Shown: piece after piece, positions 54,151 through 64,000 of the stretch
Position numbering within the stretch: position 1 is the first letter of the stretch
Layout of the letters: each line of letters opens with the position of its first letter
Source of the DNA: Balanoglossus misakiensis
Taxonomy: Eukaryota; Animalia; Hemichordata
NCBI GenBank assembly: GCA_040954595.2
Contig: CM082589.2
Location: forward strand, 9,684,894-9,748,893
DNA length: 64,000 nucleotides
Direction: 5' to 3'
Notes under the pieces: model-generated
The model's input: the letters and a program-made list of their open reading frames with translations, nothing else
Databases searched by the model: none
Told to the model about the DNA's origin: nothing
Made by a program: the position numbers and the translations under genes

Positions 54151-54926
54151 TAAAACACACAAAAAATAACACTTAACATCTTACAGTGCAGGGCCTTGCT
54201 AGTTGATGTGGTACAATTCTATCATATCACTTCACAGCTGGTAGCCAAGGGCAGTGTTTGCACAGAGGAGCCTCCTGAATGTCTTCGCTCGTTCACACCT
54301 CTTCAGTGATAATGTCTGGATTACATTGACATGAAACTGTTTGTTCAGTAGTGTTTCAACTGCCAGCTACCTGGGTTCATTTTACACCCAAACACTGAAA
54401 ATATTGTAGCAGTCAATAATATAACCTACACACTGTGTGAAATTCACCATGTTCTAAAGTAATGTTGATGTCTAATGTGCATTGTGACTTACAGGGCATG
54501 CACGGCTAAAGCTTGTCGAAAGTTGACAAAGCAAAAGACCAGACCAGTTGCCTGTTTTAAAATGTGCTTCATTCCAAGGACCTTGGCGATGAGTCATGAA
54601 TTGGGGAACGTTCATGAGACCCATTTTTTTTCACTGGACCAGCACATTTAATGATATGACCTTGAAATTGAACTGTTCCCAGGAGCTACTGAGAGTTGCC
54701 TTGTTTCACCCCCAAGTTACTACCTGGGGTTTTTACAATGTCGACAGTAGTTCCAAAAAAAAAAACGTTGTACTTTTATGAATAATCGATTAGGGTAGAT
54801 TTATTCATGGTAGTAAAACTTTTTGGCCTGCAGTTGCCAAACAAAGACAATTACAAGTAAGGGACTGGACGTAAACTACCAGGGGGAGCGCAGGGAAATT
54901 GACGAAAGCGATGGCCTCAAATTAAT

Positions 54927-55281
54927 GTCATAGTCCAGTGGTTAGAGCATCAGACCCATAATCAAAGAATCAAGAGTTTGATCCCTGGCATGGTTGTGGT
55001 GTTGTGTCCTCTGGCAAGGCAATTTACATCTCCTTGCCTCTCCCCGCCTATAAGAAAAGGGTAATTTGGTGGATCGGATATTGTAATGTGTATGTATAGG
55101 TCTGCTTTGCTGATATAAAAGCTGCACATGTGAGCTGTTGTTTGCTCCCCATGGAGTGGAATGGAATATTTTAGGTCCAACGACCTAGGTCAAATTACCA
55201 TGGGAAACACTTCAAAGCAGCACATTGAGATTTATTGCATAATGTGCTATATAAGTAATAAATATTATATTGATATTATTA
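54927..55281 (+). mobile_element. tRNA-derived SINE (CORE-like body, L2-like tail)
   Basis: A-box TAGTCCAGTGG, B-box-like AGTTTGATCCC, CORE-like TGTGTCCTCTGGCAAGGCAATTTAC...TTGCCTCTC, and TAT-rich tail. Part of the duplication 54927-56226 / 36871-38203. Confidence 0.82.
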
Positions 55282-55354
55282 CATAAACAACACTCTTACT
55301 TAGCAAAGGAAGTGGTCAGGTGAACTATATTCGCAGAGCTGACCAATTGTTTAA

Positions 55355-55696
55355 AGGGGCAAAGTCTCTCATCGCTGCCTTTTTTCAATTAATTATGTAT
55401 GATACAAGACGCCATTGATGTTATTCTACATGTGGATATATGGTGAATCAACATTCGACCACACACAACTTCCGTCTCGTTTGTACGATATGAGAGTAAA
55501 AACTCGCCCAAAATGAATAAATGGTAAAGAACGATTATTCATTTTGGCGAGTTTTTCACTCTCCTGTCTATAAGAGGGATGGAAGTTGTGTGTGGTTGAA
55601 CGTTCATTCGCTATATATCCACATGTAGAATAACAAACGGTGTCTCTTATCAAATATAATATGGGAAAAGGGCAGCGAGAGAGAGACTTTGTCCCT
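55355..55696. mobile_element. Kolobok MITE, second copy; right TSD lost
   Basis: TTAA|AGGGGCAAAGTCTCTC...GAGAGACTTTGTCCCT; ~60 bp of flank is missing relative to the paralog at 37616-37675. Confidence 0.88.
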
Positions 55697-58137
55697 CACA
55701 TGGGGATTAAATGCATATGCGTGTGTATTTAAAGTTAACTGTAAATCCCCAGGTTAATACGTGGCCAAAAGCACTGTAATTTGGCATTTCTAATGATGGT
55801 GAGATGTTGTTTGCTCCCCAGGGAGTTGAATGGAATATTTAGGTCCAACATCCTAGCTCAAATGACCATGGGACAACTTAAAGCACGTTGAGATTTAATG
55901 TGCTACATAAGTTATAAATATTATAAAAATATTATTACATAAACAACACTCTTCCTTAGCAAAGGAAGTGGTCAGGTGAAATATATTCGCAGAGCTGACC
56001 AATTCTTTAAGGAAAATTAAAGTTGGGTAATTTGGATGTATTCATACGAGTGTTGGTCAATGATAGGAAAGTCCTTTGTTCATTTTCAAAATGAAAACCA
56101 AAAATGCGAACAAAACACACTGAATTACGTATGGGATATTGATGTTGCCTAATTTGCGTGACTCTACATTTACTTAAACTCTCACAGGGAGACAAATGTC
56201 ACAGCAAACGGAAAAATGATTATGCTAAGCAATACGCCAACCTTTAAAATATTACTTTAGAAAGTTTGTATTCATACTTTCTTCAAGTTGTCATAACGCT
56301 ACCCCGAAATGTGTTTAAGTATTGCCTTTGTATTAATGGGCTAGATTCATGGCGTTATATGTCATAAATTAAAAAGCCAACCCTTATTGATTTTGATAAT
56401 ATTTATGTCGGAGAATCCACAATGAAAAATATGTATTTCAATTTCATAACTCAAAATGATTTTCAAATCCATGACCTTATTTTCAACTCCAGTGATCGTA
56501 CATCCTGAACCTTGTGCCAGTAAATGATTGGCCATTACAGGGTTAATGGGCACTCTCCCGTTCTCTTCCTCCGCAGTTTCATTCATGTTCTTGTTTGACG
56601 GAAATGGGTGTGACCAGACGCTTGAATGTTTTCATGTGGGTGTCGTTGTTCATCGGGATCGGTCTCCTGGTGTGTCTGTACAGGTACGCAAGGAGAAACT
56701 GCCCACAAGAAGCTGCGAGTGAAACTATTTAAGGTAGTATGTGCCTCGCGGTCCGAGATTCAGACAAATGATAGTCCTCAAAACTTTTTCAAGTCTTTGA
56801 TTTACTAAAGTGTATAGTGAGTCTCTTTGAAAACAACAAAAACATTACTCACCATATTGTTATTTTTTTGAAAGTTTAAAATGAAGTTGACAATGTACCA
56901 AACAGATTCTATTTATTTCTTCATGACCATGTTCACCCCAAGGTCATATGGACCTGCAAGTATATGCCAGAGCCAGAGTCGACATTACCGAAGCCAGAGT
57001 TCAAAGCTTGCAGGTCACCCCTTGCCAGCTCATGTCTAGCTAAACTGCCATGGATGCCAAGAGATATAGGACTACAGTAACCTGTAGATGGTTTCAGTAT
57101 GTTTGAAGAAAGTGGTGGCGCACTTTTGGCTACATTTGAAATGGCTATGGTACCAGTGGTTGAATTTGCAAAGGTGACCTTTGACCTGGTATCATTAAAG
57201 ATATTAAAGAACGATTGAACATTCCTTGTTGTCGTAAAATGACATCTGTAATAACTTATATTTTATCTGTTCATCTTGAAGTACTATATATTTAAACGCC
57301 AATTTTCCATTGCCAATCAAGTTTTTACAAATAAATTGTAATATGCATGTTGATTTTACAAAAACTCCTTACTTCCAAGTGAATTCTGTTACACATCACG
57401 TAAATATTTTCCCCACGAATTCTTCAGTTGCTGACTCGGAAATTTCATATATTGGGCAGAAATTGGATACATTACCGAGCCATTAAAATTACAGTTTTCT
57501 ATTTTAATTGATCTTCCATAACTTCAAGTACTTTGATTTGACATAAATTAAAAACATCATGGTGAATAAATAAAAAATCTTTGATTATCTAATTGTGCAT
57601 GTTTACATGGTTTTATTTTAGTATGCTGGGTACTTAATGTCTAATTGCTCGCTGATTTTATACTGTTCAAGATGACAATCTAATTTTAGTTTTCAGCTGA
57701 TAATGGAAATCACTGATTAAAAAAATTGAATTTTGTCATGAATAAACTTGTTGTTCATGGCAGTTGCTGTATTTTGTTTCATGTGTATTCAATTTTTGCA
57801 AGAATACCATTGAGCACAGTTTGATTTGATTAAACACGTTTATCGGAAAATTTTGTCATTTGAAATATCTGTTTTTGCGCCCTCTACCATTTGACCAAAT
57901 GATTCTCTTATTTTGGTGGCCTTTGTCTGTGTATATGAGAATACTATAGTACTCTCGCATCGATGATAGTAGAAGTTGAAAACGTCTCTTGCCACGTGGC
58001 CTAGAAGAAAGGTGATCTTTAGAGTAAAATAAAACAAACTATCCAGATAGGAAGCTAGAAAAGAAGTTGAATCGTTGAAATTTTATTTATTTTTATATTG
58101 TTAATATCGTTGGTGATGTTGACTGGCCGACAATCTT

Positions 58138-61100
58138 TGTCACACCAGTATTTGCAGGTAGATTAAAACATTGCCTATTCCAGCAATAATCACAACAGTC
58201 TTACTTTTTCTATCTTTGTAAGCGTTAATCTTTATTGACCTCGCTTGTTGTTTTGTGTTTTTGTGTTGTTTTTGTTTTTGTTTTGTTTTTTTAGTAGTTT
58301 CATAATTTTATTTGTATTTTTAAAATGTTTTCCTGTTTTTTGTTTACTTTTTTATTTTTTTTACTATTTGTTGATTGTAATGCTGTATGGGTCTCGACTG
58401 TCGGTCCCAACTTGTCATATAATTAGGTAGTACTGGAGTCAGTGGAAACCCAGGTGCCCGCATAATTTCAGGTGTAGTGACACCGTGTATTGTCATGTTA
58501 ATGAATAGGGCTTCGTTAGCTAAGTTTCGTGTAGTAAGAGAGCACACTTCAATTTAGGTCTTGAAGGGAGCAACAAGTCGGGTCTCCCTGCTCAGTGAGT
58601 AGAAATACTAGGGGAAATATTGCACCATACCTTGCTGTGTCCATGTAATGCTGTAGCGCGCATTAGTGCTCTCAGGACCACTGTTTCTGCAATTCGAGTG
58701 GAAGTAAATTCAGTACTTCTAGAAAGCAGAATTGTGCTTATTCAGTGCAAACCGGTGTGGTCGGGCGATTGGCGTGGCTGGCATGGTCGTATGTGGTGTG
58801 GCTGGAAATTGCTCCAAGCAGAGTTCTGTGGAACCATCCTATAGACCCGGTATTGCTGAGCATGAAGTGTGGTGAAGAATTCTCGTGTAAGTAATGTATT
58901 TGTTTATTTATTTACTATAACTTAAATTTATATTTTATGGATATTTATGTCAAATTCGACAATTTGTAAGTAATAGGACGGTCATAGTTAAAGCATAATT
59001 TTCCATGATATCACATGTAATCATGACGCTTTAACTAGTCCAAATTTCTGATAATTATTATTGAGAAACGTCAGTATTCATTTGTGAACAGTTGCTAAGG
59101 TGGACATTTCAGTCAATGTTTGTTGATTTTTCATTCAGCCATTTAACCCAAGACTTGCATCTAACAAGTCAGTCTTCAGTGTGTTTACTTGACTACTGGA
59201 GGACTACAAGTGGTAGAAAACATGGTGTATCACAGATTGTATGTGTAATGTGGATCGTCGCTACATCGTTCATCTATACAGGACTCCATCCCATATTGTG
59301 GTTGAATCATGATTGTTTACTATGAATGTTATATACAGCTAAGTGACACTTACCATTGTTTAGACAATATGCAATAGACAATAAACTATAGTGATATTGT
59401 GAATATATTCATTTATGTAATATATTAAGTAACCCATTGTATTGTATGACCAATTGTATCAGCATACCTGTACCTGCTAAATTGGTTAGGACAGAGACAT
59501 TTGATATTGTGCATATTGTGCACAAAAATTATATTCCTAGTATTATCTTTATATTATTTAATTGATTTAAATTAAATCAACTGTATTATTGTATCCGCAC
59601 TGGTTTGTGTAGTTTCTCCCCATACCTTATCCACGGATGTTTACTCCTTGGCACTGAGAGCTGCTCAATATTTATCCTGGAATCAGAGGGGTGCCCTCCA
59701 CCTCTGACATTTGGGGGCTCGTCCGGGAGTTTTATCGTTTTGTTGTGCATTTGTTTGTATACTATCATAAATTGTTGCCATATAGTGGAGACCATGGTTT
59801 TGATAGGTAGAGATTCTGCAAATTGTGAAGACGGTGCTGGGTCTGTAGGCTGGTACTGTTACTGTATGTGCGCTTGTGGTTTCCTGCTATATAATATGGG
59901 CCGTGTTGGTTTGCGTCGTGCGTTTGGCTGTGTTGACTTGTGCTGAATGCCCTGTACTGCTAGTGGTTGTCAAACTGGGGGTTGTAAATCGCGATACAGC
60001 AAAGCATATATGCAGAAAGAATATCTAAGATAGGGAGAAAATTTGGGTTGGAAGGGACTGCTTTAAAAGATTATGTTAGAGAGGAACAAATTAGACAGAG
60101 GGATCTTAGGGCTACTGAGAGAGAGGAGCAGAGAGAAGATAATAGGCGGCGCGAGGAACATGAGAGAGAGATACTGAAAATGCAAATTCACTTACAAGAA
60201 TTAAAATTGAAAGGGGAAAATACAGAACAGCAGGTTACTGAAAATAATTTGGCCAAAGCGCGTGCTCCGAGACTACAGGGTTTTCGTGAGGATGTTGATG
60301 ATATGGATGCGTACCTTCAACGTTTTCAGCGCTACGCCACTGCTCAGAAGTGGGAAAAAGATGTCTGGGGGTGAATCTCAGTGCATATTGTTACAAGGTA
60401 AGGATGTATCCACATACAACCAAATGCCTGCAGCGTCTGCAAATAATTATGATGAATTGAAACCAGAGTTATTGAGGGCTTACCAGTTAAGTGAGGAGAG
60501 TTTTCATGACAAGTTCCGTTCGTGTATGCCACATTATGATGAAAGTGCTCAAAAGTTTATGGACCGTATTGGTGACTATTTGGGCAGATGGGTAGAACTG
60601 GCTGGTACTCCAAAGACGTACAATGGGCTTACAGATCTGTTACTTCGAGAGCAGTTTATTGGAGTATGTTCCAGAGACATGGCAATGTTCATTAGAGAGC
60701 GACGGCCAGAGAATGTCCAAGAGATGGTATCTACTGCCTCAAAATACTTAGATGCCCGAGGGTGGTGGAAACTGCCAAGTAATGCCAAGAATAATCCAAG
60801 GAGCCAGCCGACAGCAAATACCAAGCCTTCTGTATATCCAAATCAAGTAAATAAGTTTAATAACAAAACCAATGGTTCCCATGTTTTTAAAGGTACGTGC
60901 TTCGTATGTGGTAAAGGTGGTCATATGGCCAAAGATTGTAGAAGTAAGCCAAAGATGCATAAGACGGCGGTATTGTTAACTGAAGAAGATAGAAACTATC
61001 CACCTAAACAAGAATGTACACATTGGGGCAACCGTCAACAGCCCAGGGGACTAGACACTGGTTATGCATGTATGGTGGTAGCAATGGAAATAGATAAAAC

Positions 61101-61818
61101 AGATGCAACACTGAATAAGGAGTTCGTGTTACCATGTGGTCATAAGCTCCCAGTGATGAGTGCTGCTTGTAGTGCCCATGGAGTGAAGAAGATGCCGGTA
61201 ATGAAGGGATTGCTCGATGGTAAGCTGGTTAGCGTTTTGCGTGATAGTGGGTGTAGTAGCGTGGTAGTTCGAAGAAGTCTGGTGTCAAGTAATCAGCTGA
61301 CTGGTGAGTACAGGACGTGTGTTCTGATAGATGGGACTATTAGAAGAGTACCTGTAGCCTCTATAAAAGTTGATACCCCTTACTTTGTTGGTGATGTTAC
61401 TGCACTGTGCATGATGAACCATGTGTATGATTTAATACTGGGCAACATTGATGGTGTATCTGACCCTTCGAATCCTGATACTACATGGCAGGAACCATTG
61501 CCGACATGTAGACTGTGTACAACTGTTGGACAGGTACCAGGTTTAGCAAATGCTGTGGAGACCAGAGCCCAGAAGATAGCCAACCAAAAACCAATCAGAG
61601 AGCTTAAAGTACCTAAAGCTGTTGGTGAAGTGGTGATGCCAGAGAAGCTTCAACAAGCTCAAGAAGAAGACTCCACTCTTGACAAACTACGTGAGAAGGC
61701 AATTTTGGGTGACGAGAAAGTGACTAGGAATGGAGGTAGGTTGAAGTTCATCATGAAAGATGGGATCCTGTACAGAGAGTTCAATTCGCCAATGGTCCAA
61801 TTTGGTGAAAAGCTGTTA
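58138..61818 (+). mobile_element. 5' part of a SCAN-gag (Gmr1-like) Gypsy LTR retrotransposon, interrupted; left LTR boundary uncertain
   Basis: LTR ends ...CTCTGACA (59709), followed by a tRNA-Pro PBS and gag/protease. Candidate LTR starts are TGTCA at 58138 or 58413, or TGTAA at 58376. Confidence 0.75.
59712..59728 (+). promoter_or_regulatory. Primer binding site, tRNA-Pro
   Basis: TGGGGGCTCGTCCGGGA, the canonical tRNA-Pro PBS, 2 nt after TGACA. Confidence 0.9.
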
Positions 61819-61820
61819 CA
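60009..61820 (+). pseudogene. gag-pol: Gag (coiled coil, SCAN-like capsid, CCHC) and aspartic protease, frameshifted and truncated
   Basis: DDMDAYLQRFQRYA...W, LLLREQF...FIRERRP, CFVCGKGGHMAKDC, VLRDSGCS, AQEEDSTL...DGILYR. Indels at ~60027-60048 and ~60366-60387; retroelement-like sequence stops at ~61820. Confidence 0.88.
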
Positions 61821-61878
61821 CACTGCGGGAAATACTAGAGCTATGTTGGGCAGTATTCCGCGAAGCGCGAGCTCCCAT

Positions 61879-61912
61879 GTTCACCATAGCAACGCATTGC
61901 CAAGATGGCGGC
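61879..61912 (+). promoter_or_regulatory. RFX X-box-like and YY1-like motifs at the start of the 216-aa ORF
   Basis: GTTCACCATAGCAAC (61879-61893) and CAAGATGGCGGC (61901-61912); motif match only. Confidence 0.4.
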
Positions 61913-62555
61913 GCCCGTGTTGATCGATGCCGAGAAAGTTATAAAACGCAAATTGCGAGAGGCAAAATCTGTGCTTAAACGTAAAAAATGCGTGTCGGAC
62001 AATCTGTATATACACCCACTCTTTGATGAACTTGAGGATGTGACAACAAGGGCCATATTTCGAAACGACAAGCTGTCAAAGGACAAGATTCGTTGGCGTG
62101 ACGTCGCCGTATTTCCCATGTTTCAGCGTGATATGACCTACTGGCAGAAGACCTTCTACGCTCGGCTGTCAACATCCCCGTCGTTAAGGTCACCATGGCA
62201 AAGCAGCTTTACACGACAAATGCCGAGGGAAGTATTTGATGTTTTGCATCAGTTTGCTACTCGGACCGGTTTTGGTATCGACGAGAAGACCTCCAGGGCT
62301 ATCATAACCTTGACCTTCACAAGTTCCTTGAAGCTATTGTATGTGATACGGAAAGGTTATTGCTACGAGGGCGCTATCGGTCAGCATACAGAGAATATCC
62401 TAGAGAAGAAAGTCCGTGGAAAGAGGGTAGCTGTTATATTCACACCTGAGAAGCCCTGTGTTGTGAAATATTTTATCAACAGGGAGACTGTTGCTGTTAG
62501 ATTCAGCTTTGGTGCCTGGAACAAACATGGAATTCCATTACATCCAGAGAACTGA
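61905..62555 (+). CDS. Hypothetical 216-aa basic protein, intronless (putative transposon accessory gene)
   Basis: Uninterrupted 651-bp ORF in AT-rich DNA; strong start context CAAGATGGCG; NLS-like KRKLRE/KRKK; AATAAA at 62684. No family recognised. Confidence 0.75.
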   Translation: MAAPVLIDAEKVIKRKLREAKSVLKRKKCVSDNLYIHPLFDELEDVTTRAIFRNDKLSKDKIRWRDVAVFPMFQRDMTYWQKTFYARLSTSPSLRSPWQSSFTRQMPREVFDVLHQFATRTGFGIDEKTSRAIITLTFTSSLKLLYVIRKGYCYEGAIGQHTENILEKKVRGKRVAVIFTPEKPCVVKYFINRETVAVRFSFGAWNKHGIPLHPEN

Positions 62556-63407
62556 ACCCTATTGATTTTTCACACTGATTCAACCCATCTGAGGAACATT
62601 TTTTTCCTGATCTGTGGCACATGTTGTTCAGTGTAGATGTATCAGTCTGTCAAGACAGTCCTCTCACAATTGACATATATTCAAATAAAAAAAGGAAAAT
62701 TAGAAGACTCAAAAATTCATCACTTGTCTTTATTTATCTACATTCAATACAAATGAACAGATAATGTTTACAAAATTTCCTAAACTGTAAAATTCTTTTT
62801 TTCCATCATTATTGTAACATAGATTTTTCATTAGTTTCAGAAAAAAATGTATGTTACCTACAATCAACATTGATAAGTCAATCAAAACTGCTCATCTAAC
62901 AGTTAACCAGGATTTCTGGTCTAAATTTAATTAATATTTACAATTAATTCCATGACAAAATTTATAAATATCAAGAATTTGATGAGACTTAATTCTTTAT
63001 TTTTTCACAAATTCATTAAAATTTCGTGCAGGTGCAGAATAAACAACTCCTCAAGAAAAATGTAAAACTTTTCTATCAAGCTTATGTATGTCATACATTT
63101 TAATTTTGCAAAGCACTGCAATCACTATACGATTAAGGGTTTATTCACAATACTTAATAGTGGTAAGATAAGTTTCAATTTCCCTGTCCCCATACATGCA
63201 CACATATACAAAATCCCATAAGAAACATATCATCTCCAGTTCAAAAAGTGTGAATTCATGTGATTTGTGATCTCCATTTTTATTAAATGCAGCTCTCAAC
63301 TACAGATGAGTCTTTATAATTCTGTAATGTAATTAATACTATAGTTATCCTTTAATTCTAAAGTAGCACACAGTGACACAATCCACTGTTTCAAATTCAA
63401 TCATTGT

Positions 63408-64000
63408 TCACAGCATAAGTTTCTTGAGTTTATTTGATATTTTACCAGTGACAGCTGCTTTTTTTATGTCATCCATAATTGGGTCAACACATATTTCACA
63501 GGCAGTCATTGTTTCATTTTTTTAAATTGCCACACATACAGTAGCCTGCATTCTCATAATATCGACTGGGAATGTATTTTTCTTTTTCTTTAAGCTCAAA
63601 TTGACCTACATTTGCATTTCTATAGTTGTCAGCTTTTGGACTTTTGTTCCTCAGCCAAAAAAGCATCACATATTCGTGTCGAAATATGAGGGCCCACCTA
63701 TTTTGAGGTGTAGAATTTTCACTGAATTCTAGCAGGCGTAGATGCTTTGCCTCTCTGCCTTCCATTGTGTTTAGGCCTAATCCCAGACTGAATTGCTTAT
63801 AGATACTAGTGGTGTGTTTTGGGACTACATAACCAATGTGCCACACAGTATTATTGACATTCAGAAACAGGGAATGTAGATTAAAGTACCACCGACACTT
63901 ATGCCTAAGTACAAGCAAATCTCCCTCATTTATGTTGAATCGTGAGAATAACAAAGTGATATCTCTAAGCAAGATACCAGTATATGTGTAGAGAGCTAAT
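63408..64000 (-). CDS. C-terminal part of a putative Transib/Chapaev/RAG1-superclade DDE transposase
   Basis: Open from the window end: LRDITLLFSR...NTVWHIGYVVPKH...GLGLNTMEGREAKH...FRHEYV...CMCG. One extra base in the T-run ~63517-63523; removing it extends the frame through CEIC to TGA at 63408. Confidence 0.6.

Larger units (their letters stand above)
61819..64000 (-). mobile_element. Putative CAC-terminal DNA transposon with two convergent genes (continues beyond window)
   Basis: Abruptly interrupts Gypsy pol at CACACTG/CACTG (61819/61821); contains a 216-aa + ORF and a minus-strand transposase-like ORF. The second terminus and TSD are not visible. Confidence 0.6.

Noticed and set aside
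63369-63375. CACAGTG RSS heptamer just after the transposase stop
   Set aside because: A single 7-mer without a correctly spaced nonamer; it also occurs at ~39334 and ~53432 and is expected by chance.

Overview
AT-rich eukaryotic (animal, probably marine invertebrate) repeat-dense window with no confidently identifiable host gene. Region 1.5-16.8 kb is a ~0.9-kb macro-satellite with nested 116-bp minisatellite expansions and Helentron-type non-autonomous (HINE) insertions. Region 19.1-35.1 kb is a ~195-bp satellite with higher-order duplications. Region 35-56 kb holds duplicated blocks carrying a tRNA-derived SINE, TTAA-flanked Kolobok MITEs and hairpin (Crypton-like) elements. It also holds a multi-exon Kolobok transposase gene whose introns contain three younger insertions, one a full-length Mag-type Gypsy element; the Kolobok element is 3'-truncated at ~51.06 kb. 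Region 58-61.8 kb is the 5' part of a SCAN-gag (Gmr1-like) LTR retrotransposon. It is interrupted at ~61.82 kb by what appears to be a CAC-terminal DNA transposon with two convergent genes: an unknown 216-aa ORF and a divergent Transib/Chapaev/RAG1-like transposase C-terminus. This last element is the best candidate for an undescribed system. All family assignments come from motif recognition by eye; no database searches were run.
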